Of a stretch of 48,020 nt of DNA, positions 13,861 through 26,076 are shown piece by piece. A program made the position numbers and the translations under genes. The DNA comes from Octopus bimaculoides. Taxonomy: Eukaryota. Each line of letters opens with the position of its first letter. The stretch's first letter is position 1. The notes beneath the pieces were generated by a model. The model was given only the letters and a program-made list of their open reading frames with translations. It searched no databases and was not told the DNA's origin. The stretch is from assembly GCF_001194135.2 (NCBI RefSeq), contig NC_068996.1:32162466-32210485 (forward strand), in the 5' to 3' direction.

Positions 13861-14656
13861 CATTACTTAGGTTTAGAATATGCCTTATCTTTAAACGATT
13901 TAACTGTTTATGTATATTTGGTAAATAGCCTCTTGCATGGTGGCCTTAGCACAAGATGTGTTTGTCAAGGTGGTGGTAGCAGTAGCGTCAATGATGTAAA
14001 TTACCAGAAACCCAAATTATTTTGAAATGTTAAGCACTGGAAACAACAAAAATAAATATTTTGAAATGTAAAGCACTACAATCAACGAAAATAATCGAAA
14101 AGAAAGCACTTCAGGCCTGATCACGACACAGGATAATGATTGAAACATTAATATAAATAGAATATTATAGCAACGCAACAACACCAGAAATAAATAAGCT
14201 ACGCGAAATACCCTGCAGAATGACGCTCGTCCACTCGCAGATCGTGGTTTCACAGTTGTTTGAATCAATAGGGAGAACTAAATGCACTGAAGAAAAGCAG
14301 GAAGTAATTTGTGTTCCTCAAAGTGAGAGGAAATGACTAAATTCAGCACGAAAACTACAGTTATTTTATGTTGTACTAGATGAATAACATCATCTTAGAC
14401 GAATTACTTAGTGAATGAGGAAGACTGAAATATTTGGTTAAAACTGAAGATGCTCAAAGATAAGTTTAAAAAATGCAGTTTTCAGTAGCGGATAGCAATG
14501 AAAGAAGCTGGAGTAGCTAAAAGACAGTAACATTGTTTCTCATCCAGTCACTGATTTAATGCAAAGCCAAACATAATCAGTAATGCAAAGCCTAATCAGT
14601 ATTTAGATAGTTTACCGCTTGAGAAATCTATCTACTGCAGGCATCATTAACTTTTA

Positions 14657-14830
14657 GAGCAGAGTCGCAGAGTTTCGGACAAAATACCTCGCAGTATTTC
14701 TTCTGGTTACTAAATGCAAATCCCATTCGGATCAGTGTTTTCTTTCATCCATCCGGATGAGTCGATGAAGTGAAGTACCAGCTACTGACTACAATCGATA
14801 TTATGAACTTTTCTGCGGCACAAATCTCTG
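14657..14830 (+). mobile_element. Degenerate SINE family B
   Basis: gcagagtcg..cggacaaaatacctcgcagtatttc...tttcatcc...gtcgatgaagtgaagtaccag resembles copies at 31347-31758 and 36277-36465. Confidence 0.5.
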
Positions 14831-15164
14831 ACCTAGCGGCCATGTAGCAAATTATTAGCACAGCATTTTCTCTTCTCGGCACTGCATTGTATGTGTGATT
14901 ATCAGTTAAGTCACATGATGACCCCAGTGATAACTCCTACTTGGGGAAATATTGAACTAAAGAGGAAAGCAAGGTGCCATTGGTACAGACATTCATACAA
15001 TTATACATGTAATATATTCACATACACACACTTACACATGCACAAGTCTAGACATGCAATTATATGTATGAGTATATACATAAAACAAAACACAATTCTG
15101 CACAGAAAAAATAATCATAAAGATTATCATTAATCGTTTATAATTAATTTCATAAACTTGCATC

Positions 15165-15830
15165 ACTAAACAGTTTTCATACTTCAAACAGCTTAGAAGA
15201 ACGCTGACATGAGCAAAGCAAACGTTTACGAATGATTTTCACACTTTAGGAATGATCAATTGTCGCTTGAAGGCCATCCCCATTCAGGATGACCGTCAAC
15301 CTCCGTTGAACAACTAACGAACTTGTTGATATGACTGTTGAATCCTGGAGCTCCTGTAGACAAATTTTGTACGAGGAGTTGCGAATGAAAAATGTTCCAA
15401 CAAAATTTGTGCCTCGATTGCTCACGGAATATCAAAAGCAGTCACGACTGAACGCGTGTCGTGAACTGAAAGAACAGTTCGCAGTTGATCCGGGCCTTAT
15501 TTCAAAGGTCATCACTGGTAACGAATGCTGAATCTTCAGCTACGCCCCGGAAACAAAGCAGTAATCAAGTCGATGGAAGCATTGAATATCACCACGCCCC
15601 CAATAAGTGCGTAATCTGAAGTCCACTGTCATGTCTACACTGATTTGTTTCATCGATGAGAAAGGAATTGTCCACACAGTATTTCTTCTTCCTGTTCAAA
15701 CTGTTACGACGGAGACATTAAACGCATTACTTCGAAAAAGTTTTGAACTTTGGAAAACGTGTCTGAATCGATGCATTGCTTCAAGTGGAGAATAGTTTGG
15801 AGGCAATAACAGTGCAAACAAGTAAAACTA
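15165..15830 (+). mobile_element. Mariner transposase pseudogene with internal deletion
   Basis: TVFILQTA*KNADMSKANVYE*FSHFRN..HSG*PSTS, KFVPRLLTEYQK, KVITGNEC*IFSYAPETK (WVPxxL and TGDExW-like motifs), FIDEKGIVH, then a jump to the C-terminal RCIASSGE. Confidence 0.9.
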
Positions 15831-16000
15831 AGTTAATGAAATAATATTGTAAAATGCCGGGGGGNNNNNNNNNNNNNNNNNNNNNNNNNNNNNNNNNNNN
15901 NNNNNNNNNNNNNNNNNNNNNNNNNNNNNNNNNNNNNNNNNNNNNNNNNNNNNNNNNNNNNNNNNNNNNNNNNNNNNNNNNNNNNNNNNNNNNNNNNNNN

Positions 16001-16052
<52 letters not shown>

Positions 16053-17682
16053 CATACACAAATATTTGTGTGCATGTGTATGTATGCATTATGTGAAGAA
16101 TAATTCGTTTGATTTTAACTTATTCGACTCGAACTCTTAGATATTTTGAGATGTTTCACCTAGTTGTCTTTGCAATATCATTAGCTGTTTCAATTTTGCG
16201 TATAAAATACTGGATTTAACCTCTCTTTTTGTCTTTCTTTCTGTTATACCTCTCTTCTCGCAAACACCCACCCAGCCACACCCACACACACAGATATACA
16301 AGATTAATTTCCACCGCCGAATAATGGTGAATTTAAAATGACTTTTAATTAAATTTTCATTTTATATTTTTGCAATCTCTAGTTATAAATCTGATTAATT
16401 TCAAAAGAAGCCTCTCTTCGAATTGGCACAAATACCCTGTGTATTTTGAAAATATAACATATTTAGGTTGATGGTGTTTATATCTCCTAGCTACATGTGT
16501 CAAAAATTTTGCTTTCAATGGAACTTTGTCAGAGTTAAGAATTGATGCAGTTTTCATCTTACTACGTACAAGTAATCAGCTCAAATTTTTATAACTTCTT
16601 GCAAACACCAGCATTTATCATCTGATTATATTAATATTAATAACTGATAATTAATCAACTGATAATATTTGTTTTCAGTTCGAATTATCTGAGTAGAAAT
16701 AGTATATTCATAACCTCTTTGAAGCGATCTTCTAATGACTGTGATTTGTGAATGTATGTCACAAATTTAATTTTACTTTATTTTCTTGTAAAACTCAAAT
16801 TGTGCAACTAACTAAAATAATATACGTCACATTCTTACTGTTTTATACGTATCAAAATCAAGAATTTTTTCCGAAATCGTTTCAGTTGCATGACTTGTGA
16901 AATAAGCGTGACTTCCGCAGAGTACCTAGAAGTTGAAGATTGATATAAAGATATATAAACTGGGTCATGATGTAGCTCTGATTTTCGATTACAATTGCTT
17001 TATTTACGTTCTTAAAGTTCTTTGGGAGAAAGGATTAATGTTTAAAAAGTTCAAATATACTTATAATTTTAGATTTCTTAATCCCTGTATTAAAAGTTTA
17101 TTTAGTGGAGGCTTTATCAATAGATGTACTTACGACTCTAGTCCAATATTATGTAAACCATAAAGATTTTGTCTCAAATTCTTAATAGGCTCATTCAATT
17201 TAGAATCAGATTTGTACTTAGTAAATATGGACCAGTATACTATAATTGCTTTGTGCGCAGCACTTAGGAATGAAATTATGAAAGCAGTGTTGAAGAAAAA
17301 AATCAAATCTAAGCAGTAGAGTTCAAAACTTCACACACGCCACTACAATTCAATTCTATTATCAGGACTAAAATCCTACAAGAAATCGAATCTTCTCTAA
17401 ATTACTTTCCATAATTTATCAGTACTAGTCAAGTATTGCAGAACCTTCCAGAATGTGGTCAGAATGTATTTATTATGCAAATTATATTTTCATATTTATA
17501 TTCTTAAATTCCTTTATATACGTCCATTTACTTTTTATAGACCTCTCTCTCTTTCTCTCNNNNNNNNNNNNNNNNNNNNNNNNNNNNNNNNNNNNNNNNN
17601 NNNNNNNNNNNNNNNNNNNNNNNNNNNNNNNNNNNNNNNNNNNNNNNNNNNNNNNNNNNNNNNNNNNNNNNNNNNNNNNNNN

Positions 17683-17728
<46 letters not shown>

Positions 17729-18727
17729 AGTACATGTATATACATATATATATGTAACAGCCTGTCTGTCTGTTTGTTTTTCTTTCTGTCATAGCTCTCT
17801 TTCTCCAGAAACATGCATAGTAGCAAAAGCTCACATGTGTACTGAATATGCCTGCATATGCGTGTGTCGTGATATAGCTATTTCTGCGTATATGTGATTC
17901 TGTGGATACACATTCAAGCACATGCACATACATATATATACACACACACATATTTTTTTTACAGAGAGAGAGAGAGAGACTGAGAGAAAGAAAGAAAGGA
18001 AGAAAGAACTAAAGAAAGTAAGAAAGAGAGAAAGCGAGAGAGGGGAGGGAGAGTGAGTGAAGAAAAGATAGAAAAGATACAGTCGTAGGCCATGTACAAT
18101 GACAAAGAAGTGTCGCAACGTAAGTATATTTGCAACTCTGTTCCAACTGTATCTGGAGTTCCATATCCGTATTTTAAAGGAGTCCATATGATTCTACATA
18201 AAATTTATGATATATGTATTGATCATTTTATATAGAACTGTATGCACATATTTAAATATATGTTTGCATATGTTTGTAGGTGTATACTTATACACGTATA
18301 CAAATACAAATACATTTACAAATACAGATACAAATACACATACGTGCGTGCGTGCGTGCGTGCGTGCGTGCGTCGTTCCTTTTGTGAATGTAGTGACGTC
18401 ACTCTATGACGAAGTGTAGAAGCGAAATGGAATAATAACACAAGTAAATATAACCCGCGGCTGAAATGTCACTTCATTCGTCTATTATGCGAGCTGAAAT
18501 TACGAAGTAGCAGCAACAACAAATATAACGACTACTACAATGACTAGAGTAACAATAATAAAACCGATGTCTATGGTGCTAAACGATGACATGAAAAGTC
18601 TACATCGATAGATTATTTACTCCGATCTGCTGGTTGAAACTTTCTACTGTTTTATACGCAAGCTTTGATGCATTCTCTGTGATTCATAAGTATAATTAAT
18701 AAAACAATGACAAACTAAAGAAAATTA

Positions 18728-18813
18728 ATCTTCTTCTTCTTCTTCTTCTTCTTCTTCTTCTTCTTCTTCTTCTTCTTCTTCTTCTTCTTCTTCTTCTTCT
18801 TCTTCTTCTTCTT

Positions 18814-18900
<87 letters not shown>

Positions 18901-18925
18901 TTAATAATAATAGCAATAATAATAA
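18728..18925. repeat. Compound trinucleotide array (TTC)n(CTA)n(ATA)n
   Basis: Direct reading; source of the spurious polyE/V/L ORF. Confidence 0.98.
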
Positions 18926-19471
18926 CGGATGCAGTACCAGGCAGTGGCTTTCATGGCTTTTCATCTTAATTGATCGGAAGTGTTATCATGGACGTTGTTT
19001 GGTCTGGGTATAAAAGATGGGCTACAGCAAATATTCTGCTTAATACCACAGATTTGCTTGTCAGTTGTTTGACCTTTACCAGTTGAGCATGTCCCTTGGT
19101 GGCTGACGATATGTGCATCTCTGATCACGAGCAGAAGTAGTAGGGGAACATCATAGCCATGTTTTGAGAGGAATTCTTTGGGGTTTGAATAACTTTGGAA
19201 ACGTAGGTGTTTTGCTCAACATCCTTAAAAAAACCTTATTTAGCAACCATTTGAGCAGGATGGGCCACTCGACCTGAAGTAAATTGTAACTGGGCTCCAT
19301 CTGCAATGTCATGCACCGTTTATCTTGATATGAGATCACTATGTCGCGCACATATGGTTGTGATGCATGTGCCTGGTGTACCCTTATCAGACAGGTAGTC
19401 ATGATGGGTATACTGGGCTTCGTATATTTTACCCCAGTGTCACTTTGATGGCATGCACTGCTTTCTCACTC
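18926..19471. mobile_element. ORF-less ~546-bp interspersed element flanked by (AAT)n, copy 1 (apparently complete)
   Basis: First ~350 bp aligns closely with 35902-36276; AAT-type repeats on both sides. Confidence 0.8.
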
Positions 19472-19555
19472 AATCATAATAATGATCATATTATACTACT
19501 AATGACCAGTGTTAGAAAGACTAATACCTACATACACACATGCATGCATACATTT

Positions 19556-19741
19556 ATACATGTATATATAATACAGACACATACATGTTATCTGCAGTCG
19601 TGGTATATTCCCGGTGGATCTACGTCAAGAACTCCGCAATGTCAGTTGAGGTAATTATATTAAGTATCGAGATCTTTCGTGAGACAAAATATTATCTATG
19701 GATTACCTGATGAAATGCAGACAGCAAAATCGATGCATCAC
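19556..19741. repeat. 186-bp segment duplicated at 20601-20786 across a gap
   Basis: The two copies read identical; the first ends at the N-run. Confidence 0.95.
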
Positions 19742-20468
19742 NNNNNNNNNNNNNNNNNNNNNNNNNNNNNNNNNNNNNNNNNNNNNNNNNNNNNNNNNNN
19801 NNNNNNNNNNNNNNNNNNNNNNNNNNNNNNNNNNNNNNNNNNNNNNNNNNNNNNNNNNNNNNNNNNNNNNNNNNNNNNNNNNNNNNNNNNNNNNNNNNNN
19901 NNNNNNNNNNNNNNNNNNNNNNNNNNNNNNNNNNNNNNNNNNNNNNNNNNNNNNNNNNNNNNNNNNNNNNNNNNNNNNNNNNNNNNNNNNNNNNNNNNNN
20001 NNNNNNNNNNNNNNNNNNNNNNNNNNNNNNNNNNNNNNNNNNNNNNNNNNNNNNNNNNNNNNNNNNNNNNNNNNNNNNNNNNNNNNNNNNNNNNNNNNNN
20101 NNNNNNNNNNNNNNNNNNNNNNNNNNNNNNNNNNNNNNNNNNNNNNNNNNNNNNNNNNNNNNNNNNNNNNNNNNNNNNNNNNNNNNNNNNNNNNNNNNNN
20201 NNNNNNNNNNNNNNNNNNNNNNNNNNNNNNNNNNNNNNNNNNNNNNNNNNNNNNNNNNNNNNNNNNNNNNNNNNNNNNNNNNNNNNNNNNNNNNNNNNNN
20301 NNNNNNNNNNNNNNNNNNNNNNNNNNNNNNNNNNNNNNNNNNNNNNNNNNNNNNNNNNNNNNNNNNNNNNNNNNNNNNNNNNNNNNNNNNNNNNNNNNNN
20401 NNNNNNNNNNNNNNNNNNNNNNNNNNNNNNNNNNNNNNNNNNNNNNNNNNNNNNNNNNNNNNNNNNNN

Positions 20469-20469
<1 letters not shown>

Positions 20470-20543
<74 letters not shown>

Positions 20544-20550
20544 TAGATAT
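20470..20550. repeat. (GATA)n microsatellite
   Basis: Direct reading. Confidence 0.97.
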
Positions 20551-20939
20551 AGAAATATATATATATGTATGTATATATATATATGCATATATAAATATAT
20601 ATACATGTATATATAATACAGACACATACATGTTATCTGCAGTCGTGGTATATTCCCGGTGGATCTACGTCAAGAACTCCGCAATGTCAGTTGAGGTAAT
20701 TATATTAAGTATCGAGATCTTTCGTGAGACAAAATATTATCTATGGATTACCTGATGAAATGCAGACAGCAAAATCGATGCATCACAGCATGTTGAACAG
20801 CGTCCAACACATAAAGGACAATAGCAGGATGGGTTGAAACGAAAGTTGTACAGAATGAAAGTGAATAACAAATCCATCTTCTCGTTACTTCATATAATTA
20901 TATTGTTTTTTTTTTTACTTGTTTCATCCATATATATAT

Positions 20940-21063
20940 GACGGGCTTCTTTCAATTTCCGTCTACCAAATCTACTCACAAGGCTTTGGTCGGCGCTATA
21001 GTAGAAGACACTTGCCCAGAACCATGTGGTTGGGAAGCAAGCTTCTTACCACATAGACACACC
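20940..21063 (-). mobile_element. SINE family A head with internal deletion
   Basis: Reverse complement of the head at 42829-42992, lacking the B-box region; followed by a short tail piece at 20913-20927. Confidence 0.8.
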
Positions 21064-21072
21064 TATATATAC

Positions 21073-21272
21073 TTTTTTCTTCGTTTACTTGTTTCAGTCA
21101 TTGGACAGCGGCCATGCTAGAGCACCACCTTTAGTCGAGCAAATTGACCCTAGGACTTATTTTTTGTAAGCCTAGTACTTTTCTATCGGTTCCTTCTGCT
21201 GAACCGCTAGATAACAGGGACGTAAACGCACCAGCATCGGTTGTCAAGCGATGTTGGCGAGGCAGACACAGG
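21073..21272 (-). mobile_element. SINE family A 3' half
   Basis: Aligns with 817-1022. Confidence 0.88.
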
Positions 21273-21279
21273 TACCGAA

Positions 21280-21326
<47 letters not shown>

Positions 21327-21686
21327 NNNNNNNNNNNNNNNNNNNNNNNNNNNNNNNNNNNNNNNNNNNNNNNNNNNNNNNNNNNNNNNNNNNNNNNNNN
21401 NNNNNNNNNNNNNNNNNNNNNNNNNNNNNNNNNNNNNNNNNNNNNNNNNNNNNNNNNNNNNNNNNNNNNNNNNNNNNNNNNNNNNNNNNNNNNNNNNNNN
21501 NNNNNNNNNNNNNNNNNNNNNNNNNNNNNNNNNNNNNNNNNNNNNNNNNNNNNNNNNNNNNNNNNNNNNNNNNNNNNNNNNNNNNNNNNNNNNNNNNNNN
21601 NNNNNNNNNNNNNNNNNNNNNNNNNNNNNNNNNNNNNNNNNNNNNNNNNNNNATATATATATATATATCTGTATGTATATATATAT

Positions 21687-21725
<39 letters not shown>

Positions 21726-21726
21726 C

Positions 21727-21940
21727 TTTTATTACTCTTTTACTTGTTTCAGTCATTTGCCACCGGCCATGCTAGAGCACCGCCTTAAAAGGTTTCTTTT
21801 TAAGTGTACTACTTATTCTATAGATAACTTTTGCCGGACCGCTTACAAAGAATAAGTCCCGGGTAGATTTGTTCGAATAAAAGGCGGTGCTCCAGCATGG
21901 CCGCAGTCCAATGACTGAAACAAGTAAAAGAATAAAAGAA
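21727..21940. mobile_element. Two SINE family A 3' ends fused back-to-back
   Basis: Minus-strand tail 21727-21840 and plus-strand tail 21841-21940. Confidence 0.85.
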
Positions 21941-23392
21941 TATATATATGTATATACATGTATATAGATACATGTGTGGGGTTTGTTTGTGTGTGTATGT
22001 ATGCATACATGAATATTTCTGTCTTAGGAGAAACTACTTTCTCAAGTAATATACATTTCCGGTTGTGAAATAGGGAGATTATATACTTCGGTTATATATC
22101 ATATATTTCGTTTATAGAAGTCAGCTATAGGTCTAGATATTTTTGTTCAATGTAAATCCTTTTCAAAACAAATGTTATCAAATCTATGCAGCTTTGAATA
22201 ACTAAAAGTAGCTCCTGATTAATTGATATTGTTCAAAATGCATTGGATTTTATTTTGGAAGATTATTTATTGTTTGAAAATGAATTTCTTGATTTCCATC
22301 TCTGATGACATTCACAGCCAAACGCTTTCAGTTAAATTTATTTTTTTCTTGCAATGTTTTTTCATTCCTATTCCGGTTGCTCAAATTGATAGAGTCCCGA
22401 ATTACTCGTCGAGTATTTTTCTTCCAATATATTTTAATTGAATATGAGTACATAAAGAGATACTTTTCATTACTGTAAGCATTAAAGTGACGTTATAATT
22501 GGTAAGCAAATTTTTAACTCACAGGTTTGCAGGATTTGAAACTCCATTAAGAACGGGTGTTGCAATGAGAAACAACTTTAGTATGATACATTTAATCATG
22601 TGAGTATGAAATACTCACCAGTACTAAAAAAACGTCTCAGTGGATTACAGAATATTGTTTTTACTAAGAATTGATCTGAAAACTGACTTTAAAATCATTA
22701 AGCAATCATCTGAGAAAATATTATCTGAGAAACCAAATCTGTCGGCGAAAAGTTCGTCAGTTTCATTAGAGTCTGGAATTATGCCACAATTATATATTTT
22801 CTGAAGAGAATTCCATTAATATTTTATGAAACAATAAACGTCGGTAAAGGAGGAAAATTTGATAAATTAAGCAATTGTATAATTTATTATATCCATTTCT
22901 TCAAATTACTTTAAACATTAAGAACTAAACAAGTCATTACAACGTAGTCAAATAGTTTATTTGTTTTCATTTTTTTAAAATTATAGTTATCTATTTGCTT
23001 TCTTTCGTTTCTATTATTCTTTCGTTTTATTTATTCAGATACCGTTTTAAGCTTCCTATTTTTAAGTTTCAATTGTTATGCTGGTGCTCCATTTAAACAC
23101 AACAAATGCAGTGCACTTTTCTGGTAAATGAATTATTTTCACTGACGTTTAGTTGATGTTGTCTGAATATCGCAGCTGTAAAGGTAAAGTTCATTGATAA
23201 GGTTTGCTGATATCTTTGCGCTGATGGTTCGCTACTATGCATACATACATACAAACATACATATCAGTGTGTGTGTGTGTGTGTCTTAACAGATTACAAC
23301 AAAATATGATTGAATAAATATAAATGTAGATATTGTCAATAAAGAATAATCTACACATGAAGCATATAGGAAGGCCTATGATGGCAACTATG

Positions 23393-23494
23393 TACTATAT
23401 AATAATGATGCTGAAAATATTCTAAATGCAACAAGTATCTTGGTACTATATAATAATGATGCTGAAAATATTCTAAATGCAACAAGTATCTTGG
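23393..23494. repeat. Perfect 2 x 51-bp tandem duplication
   Basis: Units 23393-23443 and 23444-23494 are identical. Confidence 0.95.
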
Positions 23495-24358
23495 TTCAAA
23501 ATTTTATCTCACTAACTGTCACCCTCTCTCTCACCAGAAAATTTACTAATGTAGATGAATAGGGATATATATATGTGTGTATATATATACACAAAAACAC
23601 ATGCATACTTATGTACATGCATTCATGCATACAATTTGACAAATGACATTTTAAATATGGTGTCGCAAAAGTTCAGTTAATCAGAGTTTTCATAAAACTG
23701 TGAAAAAGTTTTCAAGTCGTATCACTCGGTACCTACGAAGAAACATGTGTCTTCTCATTGCATGTTTAGGAAACTGGACTAATAAGAAAAACAGGAAAAA
23801 ACTTTCTTGACAACCCGTAATATCTCAAAATAGGAGAATCCTCCAATCTCAGTTTAGTACTAACTGAGGTAAAGTGGAAATAGCCATAATCGGAGTTTTT
23901 CTACTGAATCAAATTAGATCTTGGACTAAACAACACTAGCAACAGTAAAAAGTACATTTTAAGTCACAAATCGAGAACAAACAGGAATCCTTCTGCTTGA
24001 AGACTGGAAACGGATTCGATTTTCCTCTTCTGTAAATTCAACATCCTTTGCACCAGTAATATTTTTGCTGAAGATGTTTCTGGTTAATATGAAGGAAAAT
24101 GTTTTGTTCGCTCACGAGTTGTGTGTGTGTGTGTTACCTATTATTTATGACATATTATTGTACGCACTTCTGTTAATTCTATCCCGATCTTCGTTTAAAA
24201 TATCGCACGGGAGACACACAATTATATGTATTTCAATGAAATTGCAGTCTCTCTCTTTCTCCATTCTTACCTCACTATCTTTTTGTGTGTGTTGTGTGTA
24301 TAATCTCTTTCCCTTCCCTCTTTGTATGCACACAAGAAGGTATGTAAATACGTATATA

Positions 24359-24400
<42 letters not shown>

Positions 24401-25164
24401 NNNNNNNNNNNNNNNNNNNNNNNNNNNNNNNNNNNNNNNNNNNNNNNNNNNNNNNNNNNNNNNNNNNNNNNNNNNNNNNNNNNNNNNNNNNNNNNNNNNN
24501 NNNNNNNNNNNNNNNNNNNNNNNNNNNNNNNNNNNNNNNNNNNNNNNNNNNNNNNNNNNNNNNNNNNNNNNNNNNNNNNNNNNNNNNNNNNNNNNNNNNN
24601 NNNNNNNNNNNNNNNNNNNNNNNNNNNNNNNNNNNNNNNNNNNNNNNNNNNNNNNNNNNNNNNNNNNNNNNNNNNNNNNNNNNNNNNNNNNNNNNNNNNN
24701 NNNNNNNNNNNNNNNNNNNNNNNNNNNNNNNNNNNNNNNNNNNNNNNNNCTTTCATTTTTTTAAAGTATAAATTACTAATGGCATGCTAATTTTAAATCT
24801 TAAACAGATAAGACACAGTTTCAATATCAGTGAAAAACGACGGAAATTCAAGTATGTTTTAATTAATTAAGAATATCTGAGTTTTTCTTTAATGTAGTTT
24901 TTTTTTTCTTTTTTGGTTGAGGAAGTTCTTTAATTTAGAAAAGAAAGAGAGAATAATACAATGTTGTTCTGCCATCATATTACATTTGGTCGCCATTTTA
25001 AAATCTAGATTCTTTATTCTTATTTTCGCAAACGAAATCATTTTAATTTAATGAGTGGTCTAAGTTTATAACTAAGATTAACTAAGGTTGTGAACTGTGC
25101 TATAAATACATGCACACACACTACGTACATGCACATAAATATATTATGCAAGTAAGTATGCATG

Positions 25165-25225
<61 letters not shown>

Positions 25226-25755
25226 NNNNNNNNNNNNNNNNNNNNNNNNNNNNNNNNNNNNNNNNNNNNNNNNNNNNNNNNNNNNNNNNNNNNNNNNNNN
25301 NNNNNNNNNNNNNNNNNNNNNNNNNNNNNNNNNNNNNNNNNNNNNNNNNNNNNNNNNNNNNNNNNNNNNNNNNNNNNNNNNNNNNNNNNNNNNNNNNNNN
25401 NNNNNNNNNNNNNNNNNNNNNNNNNNNNNNNNNNNNNNNNNNNNNNNNNNNNNNNNNNNNNNNNNNNNNNNNNNNNNNNNNNNNNNNNNNNNNNNNNNNN
25501 NNNNNNNNNNNNNNNNNNNNNNNNNNNNNNNNNNNNNNNNNNNNNNNNNNNNNNNNNNNNNNNNNNNNNNNNNNNNNNNNNNNNNNNNNNNNNNNNNNNN
25601 NNNNNNNNNNNNNNNNNNNNNNNNNNNNNNNNNNNNNNNNNNNNNNNNNNNNNNNNNNNNNNNNNNNNNNNNNNNNNNNNNNNNNNNNNNNNNNNNNNNN
25701 NNNNNNNNNNNNNNNNNNNNNNNNNNNNNNNNNNNNNNNNNNNNNNNNNNNNNNN

Positions 25756-25786
<31 letters not shown>

Positions 25787-25804
25787 CATATATACATACA
25801 TACA

Positions 25805-26076
25805 CATAAGAGGGATGAACACTAGATGTACACCCCATATGCTAAATGTAGACCTCATGTGGTCTGACCTCTAAGAAAAAATTGTTCTCAAGAAAATTCG
25901 GCAATGAAACCTGATAGGTGACTAATCATTATATTTTGTATCTTTTCATTTATCTTGCTCGATTACATTCAGCCGTTTGCTAAATTTTCTTGAGAACAAT
26001 TTTTTCCTTACTGGTCAGACTATATGAGGTCTACATTTAGCATATTGCGTGTCCACCTATTGGTCATCCCTCTTAT
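25805..26076. mobile_element. Foldback/MITE-like element with ~94-bp arms
   Basis: Arms 25805-25898 and 25983-26076 are roughly 85% reverse-complementary, with an ~84-bp spacer. Confidence 0.7.

Noticed and set aside
17070-17190. Protein-like frame FLIPVLKVYLVEALSIDVLTTLVQYYVNHKDF
   Set aside because: No convincing donor, no homology recognised.
18392-18403. AGTGACGTCACT palindrome (CRE consensus)
   Set aside because: A single short motif with no promoter context; plausible by chance.
19703-19741. CTGATGA in the duplicated segment as a hammerhead
   Set aside because: No GAAA after a paired stem II and no valid NUH triplet or stem I.
23970-24085. Minus-strand acceptor plus NITGAKDVEFTEEENRIRF
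   Set aside because: Weak donor, isolated, no homology recognised.
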